From Callorhinchus milii (Eukaryota): a DNA stretch of 64,000 nt. The position numbers were made by a program, and so were the translations under genes. The stretch is from positions 38,814,001-38,878,000 of the forward strand of contig NW_024704743.1 in the NCBI RefSeq assembly GCF_018977255.1, given 5' to 3'. Position 1 is the first letter of the stretch. Each line of letters starts with the position of its first letter. The notes under the pieces were generated by a model, which did not search any database, was not told the origin of the DNA, and was given only the letters and a program-made list of their open reading frames with translations. Shown here piece after piece: positions 50,796-62,945 of the stretch.

Positions 50796-52160
50796 GTCAG
50801 TCTAGTTTTATTTGCTTTATTTATTAGATATTCAGGTTTAAAATTGTGTGAAACTCAAGTGCTCTTTTGCACTGCTTTGAAAAACTTATAAGGAACAAGA
50901 TGTGCGTCTGTCATCATTATTATGCAGTTCAATTTGTAAATTCTGGGTATATGTTGCAAATGTTGATTAATTCCAATATTTATATCTGGCTATCCATGCA
51001 GTGTAGGGTCTGGCCTGCACAGATATGCTGTGCTGCAAGGAATCTCATTTAGAAAATTAATTTGAAGTTTCTATTCAAATTTAGTAAAATAAGACGCACA
51101 GCTGTTTGGGGATAAAACTGAAGACCTTTTATGAGGATAGTGGTGGAAAAATCTATTAACTTTAATGGAACAACAGTGTTGAGCCCTTGCCAGATCAACA
51201 TTAAAGTCCTGTGACCAAAATCAATTTCTCATCCAACCTTAAAGCATTTTAATTTGCAGTTAACCTGGTTGTTAGTCGATTAGCGGATCACTTTTCCGGG
51301 GGTAATAATTCCTTCAAAAAAAAATAATAAAGTGGTCACCGAATCCACAACTGTTTGTGGGACACTGCTGTGCACAATTGGCTGGTACGTTTTGCCCACA
51401 AAATACAGTCAATTCACTTTACAGTATATTCTGTGAAGCACTTTGAGATGTCTCGAAGACTTGATAAGACGCTATATCAAATGTAAGGTTTACTATTATT
51501 ATTTGTTACAGAGATGCTTCATGATGTTAATCATAATGTAACTGGTTAACAGTCCTTGCAGAATTTGATAGTAAAGTTCATTTTGGTAAATGGAACTCTA
51601 CGATTTCTGAAATTCATCAATGTTAATGGCCCAGTGAATCAGAGCTGGCGCTAACATTAGAACTAGCCCCGCAAGTACTCACCCTGGTTTAGCACAGGTT
51701 CACTTAGAACGTGGGTTTACTGTGCACCCACTCTATACCAGAGGCTGAGTACACCCAGCTTCCAGCACATACTAAAAAATCGCTGACATTTGAGTTGTCA
51801 GATAATATCACTTCCTGTGTATTGTGTAGTGCACAACAAGTGACGTCAGCAGGGACCTGACAATCGGAAATCAGACATTTTTTTCTCAAAGCAATTCACA
51901 GGACTTACTATAAAGTGTAGTGACTGTATTTTGAAGGTGAATGTGGCAGCTCAGTACTTGTGTGCGTGTTGATCTCTTTTGTAATGGGGGTCTGCAATTT
52001 CTGCGAAAACAATGTTCCTCTTGACCTGCACTAAGTTTTTAAAATGTTACAGTTTAGCACATTGCATTGGATTTATATATGTGTATACATTGGATTCAAT
52101 GGTCTCCTACTGTGTTGAAGGTAAATGGGCCAATAATATTTCTGATTACTACATTTATAG

Positions 52161-52347
52161 CGTCCTCTACCAAGTTCTGCTACAAGCCTTCTGGATGCAG
52201 TAGTGAAGATGAATTGTAGGGAAGAATTTGCAAAGTTGTTGGTGGAGTTTGGAGCCGATTTGAGTTTATTCAGTTGCAACGAAACCCTTGGGAATAGCCA
52301 TTTGATTTTGAATAATCCTTGTGCACTTTACTTCCAAATGGCTAGAG
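52161..52347 (+). CDS. ASB1/12-like coding exon 2
   Basis: ttatag|CGT..AGAG|gtacg, 187 nt; RPLPSSATSLLDAVVKMNCREEFAKLLVEFGADLSL..YFQMAR (cf. ASB1 MDAVLRHGCEAAFVSLLVEFGANLNL). Not in the ORF track. Confidence 0.88.
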
Positions 52348-53104
52348 GTACGTTTGCATTTTCAGGATTTACTTAACAAACTGGTGTGTGTATATGTGTC
52401 TGCGTGTGTGTGGATGTGGGAGGACATGATATTTTTGTTGTAAAACATTATATGAAAAGCATAGCTGGTGCTTTTGTTTCAAGCTCTATTGGTAAATGTG
52501 CAATGTGGTGATAGCATCAAATTGTGATCCCATAATCACATCTCTTACCCTCGTGATGAGCAACAATACAAAGAGTGCTCTAGAACTGAACACCTTTATT
52601 TTAATGTGCCCTATTGGTGAGAATCCTCTTTTTAAAGCAAGATCCATACCAGTAAATTGAGTCAAACTGACTGATCTTCAACATACAACAACAATTTATA
52701 CAAATACAGTGTCATCCAATTAGGGAGAATGTCCCCAAAGACTAAGTATAAGCCTGAACTCAGCTATGCGTAGATGGTCAAAGTGATAGATCTCCAACTG
52801 GGATTTGAAAGCAGAGAGGCAGAGGGATTTCAGGAGAGGTTCAGAGGATGGCAGCAAAGTGACTGAAAACCTGCCTGCTGATGGTGAGGGGGAGCCGGCG
52901 AGGAGTAAGAAGCAGGCCTACTAAGATGGTAGAGCAGTGGGAGTAGTTGTGGAAGTCAGATCACAGAAGGTTGCAAAGGCAGGCCGCCATGCCATTTGAC
53001 AGTAATGACGAGAATCTTAATATTAATCTTCTGGGGAATTAACCCACCTGTCTTCAATTTCCGAATATATTATTGGGTGTGTTGGTGCTCCACAGCCCTT
53101 ATCT

Positions 53105-53580
53105 TAAGAACATAAGAATTTGCTAGGCGAAAGAAGACCAAGGTCCATCTAGTTTGCCTTCCACTATCCTGGCAGTCTCTTGACATGTGTCCCAAGATAT
53201 TATTTTCTAGCAGATACTTATCTAATTTGTTCTTAAAACAAACAGCATTTACTGCTTCCACTGTCTCCCTAGGGAGCCTGTTCCATAAAGTTTACTACTT
53301 GCTCACTGAAGTAGTGTTTCTGCAAATTTGTTCTGAATTTATCCCCTTTCAATCACAGGCCATGTCCTCTGATTATATTGTTCAGTATAAGATAAAACAG
53401 CTTATCACGGTCTACATTATCTATTCCCTTCAGAATCTTAAAGACAGACCGCAATCATATCGCCCCTCAACTTGCTCTTCTCCAGTGTGAACATGCCCAG
53501 TTTATCTAATCACTCCTCATAGTCCAATCCCTCCATCCCCTCAATCATTTTGCTTGCCCTCCTCTGTATTCTCTCAATGC
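53105..53580 (-). mobile_element. CR1 LINE 3' fragment
   Basis: TAAGAACATAAGAA tail; minus-strand VEAVNAVCFKNKLDKYL, a CR1 RT C-terminus. Confidence 0.75.
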
Positions 53581-53997
53581 TATTAAAACATTCCATTGCA
53601 ATGAACAGTTTCCTCTGATAGTTTTAATAGTGTTACGTATCAAGGAAACATTGTTGTCAGCCGTAACATTAAATTTATACCATGAAAGTGTATTTGAAAC
53701 TAATGAATGCTGCAGCATGATGTCTTTAACTGGTGATTTTAATGTTACAACTGCCCATGGGAAGTCATTTCTGCTACATAAGAATAGTCTTCAGTTAGAA
53801 AACTCAGTGACACACAGTACATAAAATTCTAATATGCAGCAATAACAACTTGCATTTATATAGAGCCCTTCACACAGGAAGAGTCTAGGAGTATTGCATA
53901 TACAAAAGTATCTAATTTGATTACCAGAAATATCTTGTTGTGCCTCATAATCTACTTCAACCTCACTGCTTGTAGATCACCCATTACATATTGTAGT

Positions 53998-54420
53998 CAG
54001 CCTTGCCCTGTTGGTTGCACTCTCACCTCTGAGTCAGAAGCCTGTGGGTTTATAACCTTTGCCAGAACTCTGAATTCACATAGTCAAGGCTGACGCTCAG
54101 TGCTGGGGGTGTGCTGCATTTTTGGAGTTGCTGTCCTTTCAACTAATTCAACTGATATCCATTCTGCCTGTTGACCATAAAGATCCCATAGTACAATCAA
54201 AAAAGAGAAGGGAGTTTCTCCCAGTGTCATGGCCAACAATCTTCCAAATAAAATTTGTAATTTATTTCATGGATGTTTGTGGGGCATTGCTGTGCGTAAA
54301 TTGGCTGCCGTGTTCGCTTACAAAACACCCAGCTTCTACACTTTACGGTAAATCTTGTCAAGCACTTTGAGACATTCGCCCAACATGAAAGGCACTATAT
54401 CAAATGGAAGGATTATTATT
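53998..54420 (+). mobile_element. Deu-domain SINE, degenerate full length
   Basis: Head CTCTGAGTCAGAAG..GGGTT, AAAGATCCCAT, GGGAGTTTCTCCCAGTGTC, TTGCTGTGCGTAAATTGGCTGCC, tail GGATTATT. Confidence 0.7.
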
Positions 54421-54510
54421 TTATTTTTATTGTAATCAGAGATGCCTCTCCATCAAAACCACAACATATCCTGTATCTTTTATTTAAGTGATTCACATTG
54501 TGTTTTGCAG

Positions 54511-54644
54511 CAAATCCAAGGATACTTCAAAGTGCTTGTCGGCTTCTCATTCGAAGATGTCTGGGTGTGACAAGATTAAACTATATCAATGATTTACCAC
54601 TGCCAAAGTTCCTCAAGAATTACCTCTTCTATAAACCTGTTTGA
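54511..54644 (+). CDS. ASB1/12-like coding exon 3 (SOCS box)
   Basis: ttgcag|CA AAT.. phase 1; NPRILQSACRLLIRRCLGVTRLNYINDLPLPKFLKNYLFYKPV* (BC box L..CR..IR, Cul5 box LPLP); AATAAA at 54736. Confidence 0.92.
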
Positions 54645-54871
54645 TACGCAGTAACTCAATCAATGAAATGTTGGTACACCAACTGTGTGAAAGAATTAAG
54701 TTCTGCAAGATGTAACTCTAGTTTGAACAGAAACAAATAAATTGATAACCATAATTATTGTATTTCAATTTAAAAGCTATTGAGTGGCTTCCTGAACAGA
54801 CAAGATGATGATTCAAACAGTGTTTTATTAATTTTAAAGATATTTGTTTGGATGATCAGTCTCATACTTTT

Positions 54872-55195
54872 GGAGTCCTGTAGCTCAGTGGTTAGAGCAC
54901 TCGCTTTGCAAGTGAGAGACCTGAGTTCAATTCCAGGCAGGGCGAAACCTTGGGCAAGTTTCCTTACTCCACACGGCCTAATAATAATCCCTCCAAAACA
55001 AAAACAATAATAAATTGGTCATTTTCAATCCCTGACTGTTTGTGGGACATTGCTGTGCGCAATTGGCTGCCGCGTTCGCCCACAAATATACAGTCAATTC
55101 ACTTTACAGTCTATTCTGTGAAGCGCTTTGGGACGTCCTCCCGACGTGAAAAGCGCTATATCAAATGCAAGGATTATTATTATTATTATTATTAT
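54872..55195 (+). mobile_element. Full-length young tRNA-derived SINE
   Basis: GGAGTCCTGTAGCTCAGTGGTTAGAGCAC (A box)..TTTGCAA..GAGTTCAATTCC (B box), body, L2-like tail, (TAT)n. Confidence 0.92.
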
Positions 55196-56446
55196 ATAGA
55201 CACTACAGCACAATTTTGGGTTTGATCTCTATTTGCTGTTAAATTTACCACCATTGTAATGTTTGCTTATCTAGGGATTAAGTGCATGTGGCTTAGGTCA
55301 GTACATTTATTGATAGGCAGAGAATAAAAAGCATTAGCTGCCAAGGATGGAATACTTACAAACAAACTGAGACCCATTTCCCGTGTGCCTGAACCAAGGG
55401 TTAGTACGATTACATTACTTTCTGTTTAAGATTAAGAAATGATTTTTATTTGGTCAATTTTGGTCAGCAGTCAATTTTGCAGATGTTCTGATGGAGAAAG
55501 TGAAGCAAAATTTGAAAGCAGAGGGAACTAAAAAGTGTTGGACTTGTGTGTAAATAGCATTGGTTTAGCAATTGTTCCCCACTTGTTTCATAGGAAAATA
55601 AATCAACACAAGCACACGCAATGTAGTATTTTAATTACTTTATAAATATTTTAATTTATGACATTTATTGTGCTTTGGGGTTTAATATTTAATGGTGATT
55701 GGAATCACAGATGTTAGATGTTTTTTCCTATGGTCTCAGTGCTTTTCACATAGAGTAATTCATTGCAGTAATTCTGCAAGTTAGCTAATTACTATGCGTA
55801 CATATATCTTAAGATTCTAAAGCTGTCGTTATGGTATTTCTTACTGTAATTCCTTAAGAATCCCGTTAGAATTCCTGTCAATCTATTGCAAATCCACCTC
55901 GAAGCAATTTATTTCCAGAGCAGGGTTGCACAGGTCGGAGTGACATGTTTATGATTCAGATTACTCTATGGAGAAATTCTGGTAAAAAATGCTGCAAATT
56001 AGTCCCTGTTTTTACATAATGATGCACATTAGTTGCAGCCCCAACCGAGTAACCACTTTGCAAACATTTTCCTTTTCTGTGGGCAAACATCTGGTGTGAA
56101 CATGAATATAAACCATGAAATGTCTAGTTTTAGAATTCCATTTTGGAAATATCGTGAACACAAAGCTTTCCTCCTTATTCCATCAATCTTTAGTTTCAGC
56201 TCACTGCACTAAATCATGCTTTTATCTGAGTGACAGCCTGCACTCCAGTCTGAGTAATCAGCTTCTATGTCTGGATTGTTGCCATCAATGAAATGTATGC
56301 AGAATGTAACTTTTGAATTATAATATTTGGACTTATCGTTCAGTGATTCAAATAAAGACCTGTTATAAATCCAAACACTGAAAATGTGATCTTTTCCTCT
56401 TGAATTACAATATCTATTGAAATTCAATATTGTAATACAGGACTGT

Positions 56447-56781
56447 GGAGTCCTGTAGCTCAGTGGTTAGAGCACTCGCTTTGCAAGTGAGAGACCTGAG
56501 TTCAATTCCAGGCACAGGGCGAAACCTTGGGCAAGTTTCCTTACTCCACTCCCCTAATAATAATCCGTCCAAAAAAACAAAACAATAATAAATTGGTCAT
56601 TTTCAATCCACAACTGTTTGTGGGTCATTGCTGTGCGCAATTGGCTGCCGCGTTCGCCCACAAATATACAGTCAATTCACTTTACAGTATATCCTGTGAA
56701 GCGCTTTGGGACATCTAGAAGACGTGAAAAGCGCTATATCAAATGCAAGGATTATTATTACTATTATTATTATTATTATTA
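56447..56781 (+). mobile_element. Full-length young tRNA-derived SINE
   Basis: As 54872. Confidence 0.92.
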
Positions 56782-57124
56782 TCTAATACCCCACTGACAG
56801 ACAAAACAACAACAACTTTCATTTATATACAGACCTTCACACAGGATAGTGTTTTGGAGCATTGCAGATATGCCTTTACAAAAACATCTGCGTTTGGTCT
56901 GCTTTACCAAGAGGAAGAACAGAATATGTAGCTCCTCTGCCTCAGCTACTACTTGTTGGGTTTTCATGCAGAACACCTGGGAAAAAAATGGCATTGCTTT
57001 GAATTGTTCAGTGCCCTCATGCCCTTCATGCCCTCGCACCTCCCTACCTATCCGATTTGCTCACCCCCCAACTCTACCACCCGCTGCCTCTGCTCGGCCG
57101 GCTCCAGCCTCCTGTTCGTCCTTC

Positions 57125-60100
57125 AACAACAACAACAACAACAACAAGATTCCATTTATAGAGCGCCTTTCACGTCAGGAGGACGTCCCAAGGCGCTGCA
57201 CAGTTGGGTCATGACCCGAGCAGGGGGGAAATGGTCAGGGTGAGGGGAGGGAAGGGAGGGAGAGAGGAGGGGGGAAATGGTCAGGGTGAGGGGAGGGAAG
57301 GGAGGGAGCGAGGAGGAGGAAGAGAGTCGAGAGGGGAGCTGAAGGCACGGTCAAAGAGAAAGGTTTTGAGACCGGCCTTGAAGGAGGAAAGGGAGGAAGC
57401 AAGGCGAAGGCACTGGGGGATGGAGTTCCAGAGCCTCGGGGCTGAGAGGCTGAAGGCCCGACCACCGATAGTAGGGCGGTTGGGGCGGGGGACGTGGAGC
57501 AGACCGGAGCCAGAGGAACGGAGGGTACGGGCAGGTAGGTAGGGGGATAGTAGGTTGGAGAGGTAGGAGGGAGCAAGGCCGTGAATGGCCTTGTAGGTGA
57601 GGATGAGGATCTTGAAATCAATCCTCTGGGGGATGGGGAGCCAGTGGAGGCGAGCGAGGGTGGGAGTGATGTGGTCCCGAAGCCTGGTGCGGGACAGTAC
57701 ACGAGCTGCAGAGTTCTGAATGACCTGCAGCTTGTGGAGGGAGGTGGCGGGAAGGCCGGCGAGGAGAGAGTTCCCATAGTCCAGCCTTGAGGTGACAAAG
57801 GCGTGAACCAGGGTTTCAGCAGCGTGAGGGGTGAGGTAGTGCCGTAATCTGGCGATATTCCGGAGGTGATGGAAGGCGGTGCCAGTTGTGGTGCGGATGT
57901 GAGGGAGAAAGGACAGCTCAGGGTCGAACAAAACGCCGAGGTTCCTGACTGGCTTTGAGAGGTGGAGAGTGCAGCCTTGGATGCTGATGGTGTCAGCGCC
58001 TGAGGTGCGGAGGCGCTGACGTGAGCCAATCAGGAGGGCCTCGGTTTTTCGCACGTTGAGCTGAAGAAAGTTGTCTCTCGTCCAGGACTCGATGTCGGAC
58101 AGGCAGGCTGTCAGGACATCGGTGGTCGTGGAGTTGAGAGTAGAGGAGGAAAGGTAGAGTTGGGTGTCATCCGCATACATGTGGAAGTTAACCCCATGTT
58201 TGCGGATGATGTCACCGAGGGGGAGCATATAGAGGGTGAAGAGGAGGGGACCGAGGACAGAGCCCTGAGGGACACCACATGAGACAGTACGGGGGGTGGA
58301 GGAGAAGCCATTCGTTGAGACGAAGTGAAGACGGTGGGAAAGGTAAGAGCTAAACCATTCAAGGACAGTGCCTTGAAGGTTGAGGTGGGAGGACAAGCGG
58401 TGGAGTAGGATAGCGTGGTCGACCGTATCGAATGCTGCCGATAGGTCGAGGAGGACGAGGAGACAGAGGGAGCCCTGGTCACAGATAGTCAGGATATCAT
58501 TGGTGACCTTGACCAGGGCAGTTTCTGTGCTATGAGCAGCACGGAAACCTGACTGAAGGGGTTCAAAAAGAGAATGGGTGGAGAGGAAAGAGCGCAGTTG
58601 GGAGGCGACAACTCTTTCCAAGACCTTGGAGAGAAAGGGGAGGTTGGAGATGGGCCGGTAGCTTGATAGCTGCGACGCATCAAGGGAGGGTTTTTTCAGG
58701 GTGGGCGTGATGATGGCAGTTTTTAATGGAATGGGGACAGAGCCAGAGGAGAGGGACAGGTTTATGATGTCAGTGATGTGTGGGGCAAGAAAATGGAGCT
58801 GGGAGATAAGGAGTGGAGTGGGGATGGGGTCAAGGGAGCAGGTGGTTGGTTTTAGGGATAGGATGAGTTCAGTGACAGAGGGTGGGGAAACGGGTACGAA
58901 GGTGTGTAGGGGAGGATGGGTAGGAGTCGGAGTGTGGGAGGGAAGGGTGGGTGGTGGGTGGAAGTTGGAGGGGAAGTGACCGCGGAGCGGATTCCCTTGA
59001 TCTTGGATTCAAGGAAATCCAGCATCTCCTCGCAGTGAAGGTTGGAGGAGATGACCTGCGCGGGGTGGCGGGGGGGACGGAGGAGTCGGGATGTGGTGGA
59101 AAACAGTAGCCTGGGGTTGTTCTTCGCCTCCAGGATTATCCTGGAGTAGAAGGACGACTTGGCCGAGGCTAGAGTGGAGCGGTAAATTTTGAGGAGGTCC
59201 AGCCAGATTTGTCGGTGGACCGTTAAGCCGGATTTGACAAAGGTGCGCTCAGCAGCCCGCACCTGGCATTTCAGTGAGCGGAGGTGGGTGGTGTACCAGG
59301 GGGAGGAGCGGGAGTAGGAGACAGTGCGGGAAGTGATGGGGGCAAGAGTATCGAGTGTGGAGGAGAGGATATTGTGGAGGAGGGAGAGAGGAGAAGAGGG
59401 GTCGGTGAGGGTTGAAGGCCAGAGGGAGAGGAGTTCTGAGGACTCCAAGGCATCGGTTAGGGATTGTGGGGGTAACTTCTTCCAAGGGCGGTAGAAGATG
59501 GTGGTGGGTCTGGTGGAGGTGGGGAGGGGGGTGGAGGTGGTGAAGGAGATGAAGTAGTGGTCGGAGATGGCCTTGTCGGTAATAGTGACATCCGAGACAC
59601 TGAGGCCCCGGGTGATCACCAAATCGAGTGGGTGGCCGTGACTGTGAGTGGGGGAGTTTATGTGTAGGGAAAGGTTGAGTGAGGAGAGCAGGGAAGAGAA
59701 GTCTGTGGAGATGGAGCAGGAGGGGGTGAAGTGCAGGTTAAAGTCGCCCCAGGATGATGAGGCGATCAGAGGAGAGGCAAAGAGATGTGAGGAGTGTTGA
59801 AATGTCAGAGATGAAGGTGGGAGAGGTTTTAGGGGGCCGGTAGAGGAGGAGGATTTTAAGGGAGAGGAATGAGGGGTGGGAGAGGGTGAGGTGCTCGAAG
59901 GAGGGGAAAGAGCCAGAGGAGTAGGGGGATAGGGCAAGTGGTGTCCTTGGGATAAGGGCAACACCACCGCCACGGCGGTTGGGGCGGGGGATGTGGTGGG
60001 AGGTGTAGCCGGGTGGCGTGGCCTCCGTGAGGGGGAAGGTGTCGCCTGGGGTGAGCCACGTTTCTGTCAAGGCCATGATGTCAATGCTCTCATCAAGGAT

Positions 60101-60440
60101 GAGATCGTTGATGACCAGGGCCTTGTTGCAGAGGGAGCGGACATTTTGCAGTCCGATGTGGAGGGAGCGGTTGAGAGAAGGGTGTGTGGGAGGGGAGGGG
60201 GGTCCAGGTTGTGAGGCAGGGGTGGGGGAGATGGGGGTGAGGGAGGAGAGGTTGACTCCCCGGGTCTGTGTCCGGGGTGGCTGGCGAGTGTGGTGGGGAA
60301 TGGGGCAGTCCGGTGTGGCTGCTGCTGGACAGCCAACGCCGGAGTGCCGCGGTGAGCCCCGGCGGAGGATTCCCAGACTGGAACAGAGGGAGGTTGTGGG
60401 AGGGTCAAGTGGGGATAGAAGACGAGAGGGACCCCCTCTC
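57125..60440 (-). mobile_element. Near-full-length L2-clade LINE (APE endonuclease + reverse transcriptase), about 2 frameshifts
   Basis: RGVNLSSLTPI..IGLQNVRSL..LTETWL..YRPP..GDFN..HPLDLVI..SDH (APE); [42 protein letters not shown] (RT, open 57281-58621); 3' (TTG)n tail; 5' boundary approximate. Confidence 0.95.
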
Positions 60441-60492
60441 TCCAGATGATAATGTTCAAAATTCTAAAAGCATTTGAGAGGGTGAATTGTGA

Positions 60493-60733
60493 AAGTTTCC
60501 TTACTCCACACAGAGCCTAATAATAATCCCTCCAAAACCAAAAACAATAATAAATTGGTCATTTTCAATCTACGACTGTTTGTGGGACATTGCTGTGCGC
60601 AATTGTCTGCCGCGTTCACCCACAAATATACAGTCAATTCACTTTACAGTGTGTTCTGTGAAGCGCTTTGGGACGTCCTCCCGACGTGAAAAGCGCTATA
60701 TCAAATGCAAGGATTATTATTATTATTATTATT
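60493..60733 (+). mobile_element. 5'-truncated young SINE
   Basis: Begins at AAGTTTCCTTACTCC; nearly identical to the neighbour at 60764. Confidence 0.9.
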
Positions 60734-60763
60734 AAGAGGTGGGATTTTTAGCAAGTAGCCATT

Positions 60764-61088
60764 GGAGTCCTGTAGCTCAGTGGTTAGAGCACTCGCTTTG
60801 CAAGCGAGAGACCTGAGTTCAATTCCAGGCAGAGGGCGAAACCTTGGGCAAGTTTCCTTACTCCACACAGAGCCTAATAATAATCCCTCCAAAAAACAAA
60901 ACAATAATAAATTGGTCATTTTCAATCTACGACTGTTTGTGGGACATTGCTGTGCGCAATTGGCTGCCGCGTTCGCCCACAAATGTACAGTCACTTTACA
61001 GTGTGTTCTGTGAAGCGCTTTGGGACGTCCTCCCGACGTGAAAAGCGCTATATCAAATGCAAGGATTATTATTATTATTATTATTATT
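60764..61088 (+). mobile_element. Full-length young tRNA-derived SINE
   Basis: As 54872. Confidence 0.92.
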
Positions 61089-62644
61089 GAAACTGTCTAT
61101 GACATAATTCAACAGGTAATTAGACAGAACATTTAAAAAAAAGATTTAAAAGGGTATGGAAAAAGAGCAGGGAAAAAGAATTAGAGTAGTTGTCTCCAGC
61201 TAATATGCCACAGGCATGATGCCCTGAACAGCCTCCTTCTGTGCTGAAATAACCGTTTCTATGCTAGTTAATATTCAAATTGTCTAGAAGCCTCTCTGAG
61301 TGACTGAGTGTATGCTGTACAATAAGGCTCAAGATCAGAAGAGGGAAGTTGAAATCAGATTTAATTATTTTACACAGAGTAGTGAATACGTGAGATAGAC
61401 TACCCAGAGAATCGGTGGAGTCAGATGGCGTCAGCAAATTCAAGAGGGATTTAGATAGCTATTTGGCGATGAATTAAATTATGGCAGATGAGAATTAGAG
61501 TAGTGTAGGATTGTTTATTTTTAATTATATTATTTTTACATAAGGACTAGATAGGTTGATATCCCTTTCGGGTCCTGAATATTCCTATGGCAACTTTAAC
61601 CTTACTATAATCAGTTGTTGTTGTTGTTGTTATAATCAGTTAACTATGCTTTGCATATTTCTATGAGACAGGCTTCTCAGTTAGCCCTCACTCACCACAG
61701 CACTAGGATGCCGATCTGCATGTTAGTGTAAATGGTTCGAAAAATATTCACAGCCATGAAAACCAAACAAATTATATTGATGGGCAGCTTTCTGCTGCCG
61801 CCCCATGTCCACAATCCCGTCACTTGCAGAGTAGACCTTTGTCATTTTCGACCCATTAAGTGGATTAAACACAACTCTCACAAATTAAAAATAAACAATG
61901 TTGAAAAACTATCAAATGGGAGCCACGTTTCCAAAAATGAGCCTCTTACAAATCAAGTAAAAATAATGTGCTCTTTGCTCAATGTTCACAACATTAGGTT
62001 TTGGGCATAGAGTGACTGGTAGATATTAAGAAAATATTGCAACAGTTAATTAATTAGGAAAATAGAGGTTTAGCAATATTTATTTTATTTCAAATAAGTA
62101 CATCTCTTTTTGAATAGCTCGCTAAAGCAATTGAATATCCACCAGTTCAAATTATCTTGTTTAATTCTTTCAGAACTGCAGAAAAACATCTTGTAAATTG
62201 AGTCTGACCTTCAGAACTTTGCAAAATTCTGCTTGAACATAAATTTTAAGATAATATTTTTCAAGACTAAGTGCTTGAGAATACTGGGCCTCTCATGTGA
62301 ACATTATTCCAAAATTAAGTCTGACAAGTCTATGTTTCGTTTAGAAGCTCTCTTGTAGATATAATGATTGTCTGTGCAATAACGTGGGTGGAAAGCTAAA
62401 ATACAGCATTGTGATAAATGTAAAGGCTTGAAAGTCTCTTATAATGCAGAGCAAATCTGGAAATTGCAAGGTTTGAGCCCTGGTTGGCTCTATCATATCT
62501 ATGTATGCATGTGTGTGTGTGAATGAATATGTCTGTGTGTCTCTCTCTCTGCCCTTTTAATTATTGCTGTGTGCTTTTTTTGTCTCTTTCTAATCCTGCA
62601 CATCTCACTGTCATTTCAAAATTTTGAACTGGGATAGATAGAAA

Positions 62645-62945
62645 ATAATAATTTGGTCACCCAATCCATGTCTGTTTGTGGGACACTGCTGTGCAAAATT
62701 GGCTGCTGCATTTCGCCCACAAAATATACAGTCAATTCACTTTACAGTGTAGCCTGTGAAGCATTTTGAGACGTGATAAGGTGCTATATCAAATGCAAGG
62801 ATTATTATTGCTATCAGAACCTTAATAATAATCCTTGCATTTTGTACAGCACCGTTCATACTAATGGATTGTCTCAAAGCGCTTCATAGGATGCATATAC
62901 AGTATTGTAAAGTGGAGAGACAATGTGTTTTGTGGGCAACCACCC
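62645..62945. mobile_element. Two truncated SINEs tail-to-tail
   Basis: + copy ends GCAAGGATTATT at ~62808; - copy starts AATAATAATCCTTGCA at ~62824. Confidence 0.7.

Noticed and set aside
50796..50891. C-terminal extension of the 243-aa ankyrin ORF (VSLVLFALFIRY..)
   Set aside because: Intron read-through past the GT donor at 50796; homology continues in the exon at 52161.
54872..54945. tRNA-Ala-like gene (also 56447, 60764)
   Set aside because: SINE heads: acceptor stem not properly paired and each continues into a SINE body and tail.
61580..61594. Second X-box-like site (ATTCCTATGGCAAC)
   Set aside because: Only one good half-site, at the end of a decayed CR1-like fragment with no promoter context.
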